This document shows, in pieces, positions 1 to 8,449 of a stretch of 26,368 nucleotides of DNA. The stretch spans positions 1 through 26,368 of the IMG/VR virus record IMGVR_UViG_3300045988_140494. The stretch is one strand, 5' to 3'. The notes under the pieces were generated by a model. That model worked only from the letters and a program-made list of their open reading frames with translations. It had not been told where the DNA came from and did no database searches. A program made the translations under genes and the position numbers. The first letter of the stretch is position 1; the number at the start of each line of letters is the position of its first letter. Origin of the DNA: a virus.

Positions 1-10
1 AGTTTTTTGC

Positions 11-70
11 GTTTTGGGGAACGGCGTGGGGAGGTCAAAAAAACTGGGTCATGAGCGCATGCGGGGGGGT
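11..70. other. G+C-rich island; candidate cos / packaging recognition region upstream of HNH-TerS-TerL
   Basis: I count 36/60 G+C over 11-70 in an otherwise AT-rich window. It contains GGGG blocks, a G7 run (63-69) and the 8-bp palindrome CGCATGCG (56-63). An HNH gene next to the terminase is typical of cos-type HK97-like packaging. Confidence 0.3.
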
Positions 71-87
71 AAAATCTGAATTTCTTC

Positions 88-106
88 ATTTTGTACAGTG
101 TACAAA
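88..106. promoter_or_regulatory. 19-bp element ATTTTGTACAGTGTACAAA (perfect 17-bp palindrome TTTGTACA-G-TGTACAAA at 90-106), copy 1
   Basis: Identical 19-mer recurs at 22018-22036. Both copies are intergenic and lie at the head of a transcription unit. Weak -10-like GATATT follows about 10 nt downstream. Confidence 0.55.
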
Positions 107-200
107 GAAAAACCGTGATATTCTGTAGTCGTGAAGATTGGAAAACATCTTCTAGAACAAACAAGGTAGTTCTTGGATTGTTTCATTTTAGTGCCCGTTG

Positions 201-230
201 AAAAAGACCTGTGGAAACATGGGTCTTTTT
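201..230 (+). terminator. Intrinsic terminator closing a ~100-nt leader upstream of the late (packaging) operon
   Basis: AAAAAGACC (201-209) pairs with GGTCTTTTT (222-230) and is followed by a T run. Leader hairpins GAAGAT/ATCTTC (133-138/147-152) lie upstream. Confidence 0.6.
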
Positions 231-322
231 CATATCACTGCATTCAAAGTGTTTACTGTTAGTTTTTGTCGTCCTTTAAATCTGTTAACTGTAGTTATGG
301 TCAAAACTTTGAATGTAGCGAT

Positions 323-709
323 ATGAAAAAATATTATGGTTCAGAAGCAACAAAAACAGGTGCTAGAAATTATGCTAGAAAATTTTACTCAAGCAAGGCT
401 TGGGAAAAGAAAAGCAAAGCATATAGAAAGGCACATCCACTTTGTGAAAGATGTTTGAAAAAAGGTATCTATACCAGGTCGACTTGTGTGCATCACAAAG
501 TACACATTGACCAGGACAACTATAGAGATGTACACATTCTATTTGGCGATTCTAATTTGGAAGCGTTGTGTGACTTATGTCATGCAGAAGAACATTCCAA
601 ACGTAAACCATCTTTTGAGTTTGATGAAAACGGAATGCTTATAGGATGTGGAAGGGAGGATGATGAATGCAAAAAGGAGCATGGAAAAAAAGAATCAATT
701 CACAACTAG
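323..709 (+). CDS. Phage HNH endonuclease (packaging-associated)
   Basis: Motifs CERC...VHHK...NLEALCDLCHAEEH, with the typical ARKFYSSKAWEK N-terminus. I prefer the ATG at 323 over the TTG at 266 used by the ORF track. No strong SD, so the start is uncertain. Confidence 0.85.
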   Translation: MKKYYGSEATKTGARNYARKFYSSKAWEKKSKAYRKAHPLCERCLKKGIYTRSTCVHHKVHIDQDNYRDVHILFGDSNLEALCDLCHAEEHSKRKPSFEFDENGMLIGCGREDDECKKEHGKKESIHN

Positions 710-1041
710 AGAATTTAGGTACATTTTCTCCTGAATATTCGGTTGCGGTTGATTCACTTGCAGATGCATTGGCCCAATATGATTCAACAATGAAGCAATG
801 GAGAGATTCAAGTAAAGCAAATGGCTACAAATCACTACAGATGGTTGTTGAATATACGAACAAAGGCGGTGCAACGAATTTATCGCGCTCACCATACTAC
901 ATTATTACCGTTCAATTACGTGATCAGATCATGAAGTACTGCAAAGAACTTGGCTTGTCACCTACTTCACTTTCAAAAACAACAGAAGTATCCGGAAAAA
1001 AAGGTGATGAATTGGATGAGTTCATGAGCAGATTTAAATGA
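667..1041 (+). CDS. Terminase small subunit (P27-family-like)
   Basis: Position between HNH and TerL. C-terminal KELGLSPTSLSK motif is typical of P27-type TerS. SD GGGAGGA lies 6 nt upstream of the ATG. Overlaps HNH by 43 nt. Confidence 0.8.
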   Translation: MQKGAWKKRINSQLENLGTFSPEYSVAVDSLADALAQYDSTMKQWRDSSKANGYKSLQMVVEYTNKGGATNLSRSPYYIITVQLRDQIMKYCKELGLSPTSLSKTTEVSGKKGDELDEFMSRFK

Positions 1042-2696
1042 AATATCTAGACATTTATAAAGAACGTATAAAATCGGGTGAAGATGTAGTCGGTAAGTGG
1101 ATGAAGCTTAATCTTCAATATGTTGAAAGAGGTTTAGCAAATGGAGATTTCTTCTATGATGAGAAAAAAGGGGAAATGAATATAGCGTTTATTGAAACGT
1201 TTTGTCATCACGTAGAAGGAAAAACAACAAAAGTGAAGCTTGAGCCTTGGCAAAAATACTATATTGCGTGCATATTCGGACTTGTTGATAAGAATGGAAA
1301 AAGGCAGTTTCGTGAAATACCTACGGTCATGGGCCGAAAACAAGGAAAATCATTTCTTTGTGCAGGTATTGAACTTGATGTTGGATTCACTTCTGATGAA
1401 GCAGGTATGCAGATATACAATATAGCGCCAAAGTTAAAACAAGCGCAGATCATTTACAATGTTCTGTATCAAATGATGGAACACTCTAAAGCGTTGAGTC
1501 AAAGAGTGAAAAAACGTAGAACAGATATCTACATGAAACAGAACAATTGTCGATGGGAGCCAATTGCATTTGCATCTAAAAAATCAGATGGATTCAACCC
1601 ATATTTGACAATCTTTGATGAGTTTGCAGCCTGGGAAGGTGAAGCGGGTATGAAAATGTACAACGTTATGTTGTCGGCAGGTGGTGCAAGACCAGATCCA
1701 CTTTATATTCCTGTAAGTACCGCGAACTATATTGATGAAGGATTATATGATGAATTATTTGTTCGTGGAACATCTGTTTTACTAGGTACGTCTGATGAAA
1801 AACAAATGTTGCCTTTCTTTTATATGATTGATGATATTCAAAAATGGGATGATCCTATTGAATTAAGAAAAGCAATGCCAAACCTTGGAATATCGGTTTC
1901 TTATGAATATTTGCAGAATGAAATTTTAAAAGCGCATAGCTCACCGACATATAAGGCGGAGTTTATAACAAAGTATGCGAATATCAAACAGAATTCAACG
2001 GAAGCGTTGTTTAGTGCAGAAGATATTAACAAAGTTAAAGGTGAAGAACTTAGATTTGAAGATTTTGCACATACATATGCAGTTGGTGGAATTGACTTGT
2101 CACAAACAACCGATTTAACAGCCGCATCTGTTGTTATACGAATTCAAGAGCAGGACTACATATTTACTCATTTTTGGCTTCCAACATTAAAAATCAAGGA
2201 GCTAGAGGAAAGAGACAAGATACCATATACAAGATTTATTCAATTGGGATATTTAAGTCCAAGTGGGGAAAACTTTGTACGGTATGAAGATGTTACGGAA
2301 TGGTTTGAAATGCTACGTAAGAAATACAAGATTTATTGCGTTGTCGTCGGATATGACCGCTATTCGGCACAGTATCTTGTGGATGATATGAAGAAATACG
2401 GATACAAGATGGATGATGTCATTCAGGGTACTAACCTTACACCTGTTATTAATGAATTTACAGGATATGTAAGAGACGGATTTGTTCATACAGGAACGAA
2501 TGGACTTTTACAAGCACATATGTCTAGCGTTGCATTAAAGAAAGTTGCGGAGGACAATCGTGTCCGCATGATTAAAACTGATCCAAGAAAACATATTGAT
2601 GGGTATGCATCTGTTATTGATGCATATACAGTAAGACAAAAATGGTGGGATACATTCAAGTACCGCCTTGAAAACAAGAAAAGGAAGGTGAATTAG
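1038..2696 (+). CDS. Terminase large subunit
   Basis: 552 aa. Walker-A-like GRKQGKS. Start overlaps the TerS stop (ATGA). Position is upstream of the portal. Confidence 0.9.
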   Translation: MKYLDIYKERIKSGEDVVGKWMKLNLQYVERGLANGDFFYDEKKGEMNIAFIETFCHHVEGKTTKVKLEPWQKYYIACIFGLVDKNGKRQFREIPTVMGRKQGKSFLCAGIELDVGFTSDEAGMQIYNIAPKLKQAQIIYNVLYQMMEHSKALSQRVKKRRTDIYMKQNNCRWEPIAFASKKSDGFNPYLTIFDEFAAWEGEAGMKMYNVMLSAGGARPDPLYIPVSTANYIDEGLYDELFVRGTSVLLGTSDEKQMLPFFYMIDDIQKWDDPIELRKAMPNLGISVSYEYLQNEILKAHSSPTYKAEFITKYANIKQNSTEALFSAEDINKVKGEELRFEDFAHTYAVGGIDLSQTTDLTAASVVIRIQEQDYIFTHFWLPTLKIKELEERDKIPYTRFIQLGYLSPSGENFVRYEDVTEWFEMLRKKYKIYCVVVGYDRYSAQYLVDDMKKYGYKMDDVIQGTNLTPVINEFTGYVRDGFVHTGTNGLLQAHMSSVALKKVAEDNRVRMIKTDPRKHIDGYASVIDAYTVRQKWWDTFKYRLENKKRKVN

Positions 2697-3979
2697 TGGC
2701 TAAAAGCAGAAGAAAAAGATTTGGTTTGCTAGGAAGTCTATTAGGACTAAATAAGCCAGCACCTAAACAAAATCAATTACACTCAATGTTTGCAAGCTTA
2801 GGTGAATATTCACCGGTGTATTCATCCTATGATGGTGGAATATATGAGATTGGACTATGCAGAGCATGTATCAATCGAATTGCTACATCATGTGGGAAGG
2901 CTTCACCTGAACTGACAAACAAAGACTACAAAGCTAAGATATATAACTATTTGGTTAAGAAAAAGCCAAATCCTTATATGACAGCTAGTCAATTTTATAA
3001 AAGATTGGCAACTATCTATTTTGCAGAAAACAATGCTTTCATAATTCCAATTGAAGATGAATATGGAATGATAAAGGGATTGTGGCCCGCAGTACCAAGT
3101 CAGTGTCAGTTAAAAGAAATCAATGGTGTAGTTTATATTTATTTTAATTTCATCTATGGCGAAACAAAATTAATTGAGTATAGCAAAGTAGGGCATCTAA
3201 GGCAAATGCAGTATAAAAATGATTACTTTGGTGATACGAATGATGCATTTGATACAACAGCTAAATTGATGCTTGCTCAGGAAGAAGGAGCGATCAATGC
3301 AATCAAATCGAGTTCTATTGTTCGATTCTTAGCTAAAATTTCAACACCAATTGACGATGATGAGGATTATAAAGAACAACAAAACATGATCTTGAGAAAT
3401 AACCTGAACAAGAATGAAACAGGTGTATTCCTTGTCGACAATCGATTTGATGAAGTAAAACCAATTGAAAGTAAACCACTATTAGTGGATGCCAAGCAAA
3501 AGCAAGCAATTGAAAACAGTGTATACAGCTATTTTGGAATTAGTGAAGCTATTTTACAAAATAAATATAAACCTGATGAATGGAATGCATTTTATGAATC
3601 AATTATTGAACCATTCTTTATTGAAGTTGGAGAAGTGTTGAGTGGAATGTTATATTCCGTAAATCAGATTATGAATGGTAGTGAAATCATTCTTACAAGC
3701 GATCGTTTACAGTATGATTCAACACAGACAAAATTAAATGTTGCGACTCAAATGTTCGATAGAGGAATGATTGATACGAATGGGGCATTAAATATCATGA
3801 ACAAAGCGCCTTTACCAGATGATGAAGGTAAGAAACGTTTTATTCGAGGTGAATATATCCAGGTAACTAAATCAAATCAAGGAGGAATTAGTTACAATGG
3901 GGAAACCAAACCACAGCAAAATCCAAATGCGCTCGATCCCGTTCCAAATGAACCCGGTGACGGAAAACAAACGAATTGA
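2696..3979 (+). CDS. Portal protein (HK97-family-like)
   Basis: 427 aa. GTG start preceded by AAGGAAGGTGA. Position between TerL and the prohead protease. Confidence 0.88.
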   Translation: MAKSRRKRFGLLGSLLGLNKPAPKQNQLHSMFASLGEYSPVYSSYDGGIYEIGLCRACINRIATSCGKASPELTNKDYKAKIYNYLVKKKPNPYMTASQFYKRLATIYFAENNAFIIPIEDEYGMIKGLWPAVPSQCQLKEINGVVYIYFNFIYGETKLIEYSKVGHLRQMQYKNDYFGDTNDAFDTTAKLMLAQEEGAINAIKSSSIVRFLAKISTPIDDDEDYKEQQNMILRNNLNKNETGVFLVDNRFDEVKPIESKPLLVDAKQKQAIENSVYSYFGISEAILQNKYKPDEWNAFYESIIEPFFIEVGEVLSGMLYSVNQIMNGSEIILTSDRLQYDSTQTKLNVATQMFDRGMIDTNGALNIMNKAPLPDDEGKKRFIRGEYIQVTKSNQGGISYNGETKPQQNPNALDPVPNEPGDGKQTN

Positions 3980-4508
3980 TACTCAGTACTATGTTGAAGG
4001 ATATGCTACAACATTTGAACCTTATGTTCTTTATCGAGATTATCAAGGTAATGATGTATATGAGTTGATTGAGCGTTCAAGTTTGGACAACGCTGATATG
4101 AGTGATATCATCTTCCAATTTGATCATGGAGGAATGGTATATGCACGTACAAGTAATGGTTCACTTATTGTTGAAGTAGATGAACATGGATTGTTTGTTG
4201 CAGCAGATTTAGGAAGAACAGAAGCTGCAAAACGCTTGTACGACAGTATTCAGGCAGGAATGGTTACTCAGATGTCATGGAGGTACATGGTGGATGAGGA
4301 ATCATATGATAGAGATAAAAAGATGTGGACAACACGTAAAGTATCAAAAATTTATGATGTTTCGGCAGTGTCGATTCCTGCAAATGATCAAACATCTATT
4401 GAAGCAAGGGCAAAGTCTTTAATGGATGAAGAACGGACTAAAAAAGAAAATGAAAAGAAACGAGAAAGACTGAGTTTGTTGTTGCAGATTAAGGAGGCTA
4501 TTAATTAA
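3897..4508 (+). CDS. Prohead maturation protease (HK97 / S78-like)
   Basis: YYVEGYATTFEPY and VSAVSIPAND motifs. SD AAGGAGGA lies upstream of the ATG at 3897. It overlaps the portal 3' end by 83 nt; in-frame ATGs at 3927 and 3948 are alternative starts. Confidence 0.85.
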   Translation: MGKPNHSKIQMRSIPFQMNPVTENKRIDTQYYVEGYATTFEPYVLYRDYQGNDVYELIERSSLDNADMSDIIFQFDHGGMVYARTSNGSLIVEVDEHGLFVAADLGRTEAAKRLYDSIQAGMVTQMSWRYMVDEESYDRDKKMWTTRKVSKIYDVSAVSIPANDQTSIEARAKSLMDEERTKKENEKKRERLSLLLQIKEAIN

Positions 4509-5968
4509 TGTTTACAGAGCAACAACTAGCAGCATTCAATGCAATGAATCACGAACAGATTCAAAAAAGATTTAAAGAAATTCAAGATGAGGTCAACAAA
4601 AACGATCCTAATACAGACTTGGAAATGTTACAGGCGGAATTTGATATCTTACAAAAGCGTGACAAAGAGTTACAAGGCAAGGTAGCACAACGTCAGGCGT
4701 TCTTAGATACTATGGCAAAATCTATTGTAGATGAAGATGAAGCTTTTGCTACACAACAGGAACAAGCTCGTAGCAAAGCACATCCATCAATGCCTACAAA
4801 CTTGTCAGAACGTAAAAAAGGAATGGAAGACGATATGGAGTATCGTAGTGCATTCATGGAATTCGTTCAAAAAGGAAAACAGTCAGAAATCTTAAGACAA
4901 CGTAGTGCAGAAGCGGGTGTGGCAGCTGATCTAGGTATTTTAATTCCTGAAACAATTGTTCAGAAAGTAATGACTGAATTAAGTAAATCACGTGGTTACT
5001 TATACAATGCAGTATTACATACAAATTTCCGTGGTGGTGTTAAATATCCTATCGGTTCATTCAAGGCTACATTTAAACGTATCACAGAAACAACAGTGTC
5101 TGATCGCCAAAAAGCTGGTTCTGTTACAGAATTTGTACAATTTGGATATTTAATTGGTGAAATTCGTTTAGCACGTACATTACTACAAACTGTATTAACT
5201 GTAAATGCGTTTGAAACTGAATTGGCAAAAGTTATTGTAGAAGCTTATTTGGAAGCTATGGATCGTGAAATTTTAACAGGTAAATCTACAAATAATGAAT
5301 GTGAAGGTATCTTAACGGAAGCTAATAAATCAGATGGCCGTATTAAATCCGATCACATTATTGAATTTACGGAAGCAGAAATGAAAGATTGGAAATCATG
5401 GCAAACAAAATTCTTTGCGAAAATTCCTTTGTCAATGCGTAAATTAAAACCAGAGTTCGTAATGACGCCTGCTACATATGAAGCAAACATTAAAACGTTG
5501 GCCGATGATAATAATCGTCCTGTTTATGCAGAAACATATAATCCTATTGATGGTGCAGAACGTGCAACATTCAAAGCTAGAACAGTTAATTTCGTTGAAA
5601 ATGATACATTCAAAGATTTTGATGAAGCACAAAACGGTGAATATTTCGGAATGTATTGGGTTGGAAAAGAAGCCTATGCGATCAACTCAAATATGCAGTT
5701 TGGTGTGAAAAAGTACTGGGATTATGAAAAGAATGAGGAAGTAACTCAAGCATTGGTTATCAATGATGGTAAAGTATTAGATCCTCAATACATCTTCTTG
5801 TTAAAAAAAAAAAGTAGCTTAAGCAATGGAGATGTTACAAAAGATGAAAGTCAAACAGGAACACAATCATTAAATGATGAAGAACCTGTTGGAACTGATG
5901 ATGAACCTATTTTATTAGATGATGAGCCTAAGAAAACTACTCGAAAAAGCAGTGCGAAGAAAGCTTAG
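4508..5968 (+). CDS. Major capsid protein (HK97 fold) with N-terminal coiled-coil delta domain and an unusual acidic C-terminal extension
   Basis: 486 aa. Directly follows the protease (ATG overlaps its TAA). Coiled-coil N-terminus. The roughly 50 aa after the A11 run (5803-5813) are low-complexity and acidic. Confidence 0.9.
   Translation: MFTEQQLAAFNAMNHEQIQKRFKEIQDEVNKNDPNTDLEMLQAEFDILQKRDKELQGKVAQRQAFLDTMAKSIVDEDEAFATQQEQARSKAHPSMPTNLSERKKGMEDDMEYRSAFMEFVQKGKQSEILRQRSAEAGVAADLGILIPETIVQKVMTELSKSRGYLYNAVLHTNFRGGVKYPIGSFKATFKRITETTVSDRQKAGSVTEFVQFGYLIGEIRLARTLLQTVLTVNAFETELAKVIVEAYLEAMDREILTGKSTNNECEGILTEANKSDGRIKSDHIIEFTEAEMKDWKSWQTKFFAKIPLSMRKLKPEFVMTPATYEANIKTLADDNNRPVYAETYNPIDGAERATFKARTVNFVENDTFKDFDEAQNGEYFGMYWVGKEAYAINSNMQFGVKKYWDYEKNEEVTQALVINDGKVLDPQYIFLLKKKSSLSNGDVTKDESQTGTQSLNDEEPVGTDDEPILLDDEPKKTTRKSSAKKA
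5803..5813 (+). repeat. A11 homopolymer inside the capsid gene; both alternative frames stop immediately after it
   Basis: The zero frame reads KKK then SSLSNG... The -1 frame reads AAG TAG (stop 5815-5817). The +1 frame reads GTA GCT TAA (stop 5820-5822). Confidence 0.9.
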
Positions 5969-5978
5969 GTGATAGATA

Positions 5979-6281
5979 ATGGCGTTCAATATTTCTGAAA
6001 GCCTTCTAGAACGTGTTAGAACTGCTGCTACAAGAGCTAAATCACATGCTTATGATGATGAAATCAAAACATATATCAGAGCATGTTTATATGATTTGGA
6101 TAGATTAAATATCTTATTTGATGAAGATGATTTAGAAGATGAAATTGTAGTAGCGGTAATAACATATGTAAAGTCAAAATTTGGTACAACGGATGCTTCA
6201 TATAAAGAATCAATGGCTAAAACATATGAGGATTTACGTCAGATTCTTATGACAGATAAATCCCATAAGAAGGTGACATAG
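5979..6281 (+). CDS. Head-tail connector (gp6-like)
   Basis: 100 aa. First gene after the capsid gene. The AYDDEIKTYIRACLYDL segment resembles gp6-like connectors. Confidence 0.6.
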   Translation: MAFNISESLLERVRTAATRAKSHAYDDEIKTYIRACLYDLDRLNILFDEDDLEDEIVVAVITYVKSKFGTTDASYKESMAKTYEDLRQILMTDKSHKKVT

Positions 6282-6282
6282 T

Positions 6283-6618
6283 ATGGCATATGAATATACT
6301 CGTGAGAATAATCTTTACTACGATGTGGCATATCTGATTGAAAAAGAAAGATATGTGGATGCAGATGGTGTGGAACATGTTAACGAAACGGAGAAGGAAG
6401 TATTTTGTCGAGTTGGTGGAATTTATTCAAAAGAATTTAATGAAGCCTACCAGGCAGGCATACAGTTAGCGTATAAGCTTGTTATTCCTACTATTGATTA
6501 CAATGATGAAACGACAGTGAAATACAACGACAAAAAGTATGCGGTTTATCGTACATTCCCATCCGGAGATACGATTGAACTATATGTTCAACAGGATGCA
6601 GGAGAATGGAAACAGTAA
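6283..6618 (+). CDS. Head closure / head-tail adaptor protein
   Basis: 111 aa. The pattern VFCRVGGIYSKEFNEAYQAG...KYNDKKYAVYRT is typical of SPP1 gp16-like head closure proteins. Confidence 0.65.
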   Translation: MAYEYTRENNLYYDVAYLIEKERYVDADGVEHVNETEKEVFCRVGGIYSKEFNEAYQAGIQLAYKLVIPTIDYNDETTVKYNDKKYAVYRTFPSGDTIELYVQQDAGEWKQ

Positions 6619-6944
6619 GGCAACAGATTGTAGCTAAATTCACTGAACTTTTAGGTGAAGGACAATTTGTATACGGAAGTTTCAAATCAAAACCCCATAC
6701 CCCCTATGGGAATTATGCATTGGATTATACAAATAATTACTTTGCAGACAATAGAACGTATTGTAAGATTGGAACTTACATATATAGATTAGTGACTGAT
6801 CAAAAAGACTTTGAATTAGAAGCTAAAATCGAAGACATGTTTGATGAATTAGAAATACCATACCAAACCATCACAGATGAAGATATAAACACTCAAAAAG
6901 TACACTGTACAGAATGGACGGTGACATTAGTTGGCCGTCAATGA
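6606..6944 (+). CDS. Head-tail joining / tail completion protein, family not recognised
   Basis: 112-aa ORF in the conserved head-tail joining block, overlapping its neighbours in the manner of translational coupling. Confidence 0.5.
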   Translation: METVRQQIVAKFTELLGEGQFVYGSFKSKPHTPYGNYALDYTNNYFADNRTYCKIGTYIYRLVTDQKDFELEAKIEDMFDELEIPYQTITDEDINTQKVHCTEWTVTLVGRQ

Positions 6945-6957
6945 TGTATATTGCGAT

Positions 6958-7341
6958 ATGTCGCAACTTGGGCCTGAAATCAGAAAGATGATTCAAGAAT
7001 ATAAAGAGCATTCTTTGGCGCAGATTGATAGAGCAGTAGAAGAAACTACAAAAGATTCTAAAGACATTGTTAAAGCTAAGGCCAATGTAGACCATAGAAA
7101 CACGCGTAGAAAAGGCAAGTATAAAAGGTCTATAACATATAAGATAGAACGTGAATTAGCCCATACACGCGGTGTTATTTATGCGAGTGGCCACGAATAC
7201 TCATTAACTCATTTACTAGAAAACGGACATAATTTATGGAATTCTCCTAGACGTACACGTGCATTTAAGCATTGGAAAGATGGAGAAACAAACGCAATCA
7301 AGGAACTGCCAAGTTTAATCGAAAAATATTTGAAAGGATAA
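6958..7341 (+). CDS. HK97 gp10-like tail component
   Basis: LTHLLENGH motif resembles the gp10-family hLvEfGt signature. I prefer the ATG at 6958 over the TTG at 6931; the start is uncertain. Confidence 0.6.
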   Translation: MSQLGPEIRKMIQEYKEHSLAQIDRAVEETTKDSKDIVKAKANVDHRNTRRKGKYKRSITYKIERELAHTRGVIYASGHEYSLTHLLENGHNLWNSPRRTRAFKHWKDGETNAIKELPSLIEKYLKG

Positions 7342-7346
7342 AAACT

Positions 7347-7991
7347 ATGGCAGAAAAAAACAAAGTACGATTCGGTCTAAAAAATGTACATGTATGTTCT
7401 ATTACAGAAAGTGCAGGATCAATTACATATGGTACGCCTACTGCGTGGAAAGGTGCTAAATCATTAACTCTAGATCCAGAAGGAGATACAAATACATATT
7501 ATGCAGATAACACTGCGTATTTCACAACGAATACAAACAATGGATATTCAGGAAGTTTGGAAATGTCTGAGATTCCTGAAGAAATTGAAAAAATGATTTT
7601 CAATACAGTGACAACAGAAGAAGGTAACTTAGCAGAAGATGCAAACGTATTGCCTAATAACGTTGCGCTTATGTTCCAATTCGAAGGTGATGTAAGTGCT
7701 ACTAAACATATCTTCTATAAAGTTGTATTTGCACGACCAAATGTAGAAGGTGAAACAAAAGAAGAGAGCACTGATCCAAAAACAACATCAATGGATATTA
7801 CGGCTGTTCCTGTTGAGAAAGATGATCATCAATGGGTAAAGTCAAAATGTCGTAAGGGTGATACAAATTATGAGAGTTTCTTTACAACTGCTCCAACATT
7901 ACCTACTCCAAAAGTTGGTGAAATGAGCCAGGAAGAAAGTACACCGGTAGTTGCACAAAGTGATGATGGAAAGGAAGTGAGCACATTATAA
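7347..7991 (+). CDS. Major tail protein (phi13-family-like)
   Basis: N-terminus MAEKNKVRFGLKNVHVC is typical of the family. SD GAAAGGA lies upstream of the ATG at 7347. The ORF-track start at 7272 overlaps the previous gene and is unlikely. Confidence 0.8.
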   Translation: MAEKNKVRFGLKNVHVCSITESAGSITYGTPTAWKGAKSLTLDPEGDTNTYYADNTAYFTTNTNNGYSGSLEMSEIPEEIEKMIFNTVTTEEGNLAEDANVLPNNVALMFQFEGDVSATKHIFYKVVFARPNVEGETKEESTDPKTTSMDITAVPVEKDDHQWVKSKCRKGDTNYESFFTTAPTLPTPKVGEMSQEESTPVVAQSDDGKEVSTL

Positions 7992-8010
7992 GAGGGGCAA
8001 CCCCCTCTTT
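7990..8010 (+). terminator. G+C-rich hairpin after the major tail gene (partial terminator or mRNA stabiliser)
   Basis: AGAGGGG (7991-7997) pairs with CCCCTCT (8002-8008). Only a short T tail follows. Confidence 0.4.
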
Positions 8011-8020
8011 GTGAGGTTAT

Positions 8021-8449
8021 ATGGAAACAAAAATTAAGATTGATGAAAAAGAATATGGTGTTCTTTATAAAGGTAAAACAGCGAAAATCTATAGAGAATA
8101 CTTCAATAGAGATATGTTGGTTGACACTCAGAAAGCACAGATGAAGTTTTCGGAAGCTATCAAAAAGAAAGTGGGAACAGATGAAGAAGATGAACCTGCA
8201 TATTATGTATTGTTAGAAGCGAATGGTTCAGAATTCTTTGAACGTGTGTTGTGGGCATGTATTAAAGCATATGATGTTGTTCAAGGAAAAGAAACGGAAG
8301 ATTTTTCAGATTTTATTGATAATGTTGTAGACTATGACACATTTGTCACAGTAGGTATTATGGTGTTTGAAAAAATCGTTTTTGCGAACAGTCCAACTAT
8401 CGATAGTGAATCAGAAGATGTAGAAGAAAAAAGCAAAAAAAAAGAATAG
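8021..8449 (+). CDS. Tail assembly chaperone (gpG-like)
   Basis: 142-aa acidic protein between the major tail and tape measure genes. It ends in a slippery A run. Confidence 0.75.
   Translation: METKIKIDEKEYGVLYKGKTAKIYREYFNRDMLVDTQKAQMKFSEAIKKKVGTDEEDEPAYYVLLEANGSEFFERVLWACIKAYDVVQGKETEDFSDFIDNVVDYDTFVTVGIMVFEKIVFANSPTIDSESEDVEEKSKKKE

Noticed and set aside
1-126. Open frames running into the left window edge (+ strand frame 3 to a TAG near 124-126, and a minus-strand ATG at 89 reading leftwards)
   Set aside because: The translations are Gly/Trp/Pro-rich artefacts of the G-rich DNA, no SD is present, and the region is better explained as cos/leader. I cannot exclude the 3' end of an upstream gene without more sequence.
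266-322. Upstream non-ATG or overlapping extensions used by the ORF track (266, 6931, 7272, 12473, 14852, 16477, 19653, 21514, 22070, 25286)
   Set aside because: In each case an in-frame ATG with a better-placed SD lies downstream. The extension overlaps the previous gene or the SD itself.
695-1453. Short ORFs overlapping TerS/TerL on either strand (695-895 minus, 1134-1343 minus, 1240-1425 plus, 1259-1453 minus)
   Set aside because: They are embedded in the confidently called terminase genes and have no independent translation signals.
5132-5143. 12-mer TTTGTACAATTT shared between the capsid gene (5132-5143) and the early promoter region (26132-26143)
   Set aside because: By a rough composition-based estimate, dozens of exact 12-mer repeats are expected by chance in an AT-rich 26-kb window. 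One copy is also deep inside a coding region.
5444-5708. ORFs 5444-5632 (-) and 5478-5708 (+) within the capsid gene, and similar ones at 13278-13523, 13643-13867, 13830-14012, 14845-15066, 18754-19001 and 19335-19574
   Set aside because: They are overlapping or antisense to better-supported genes. These are AT-rich shadow ORFs.
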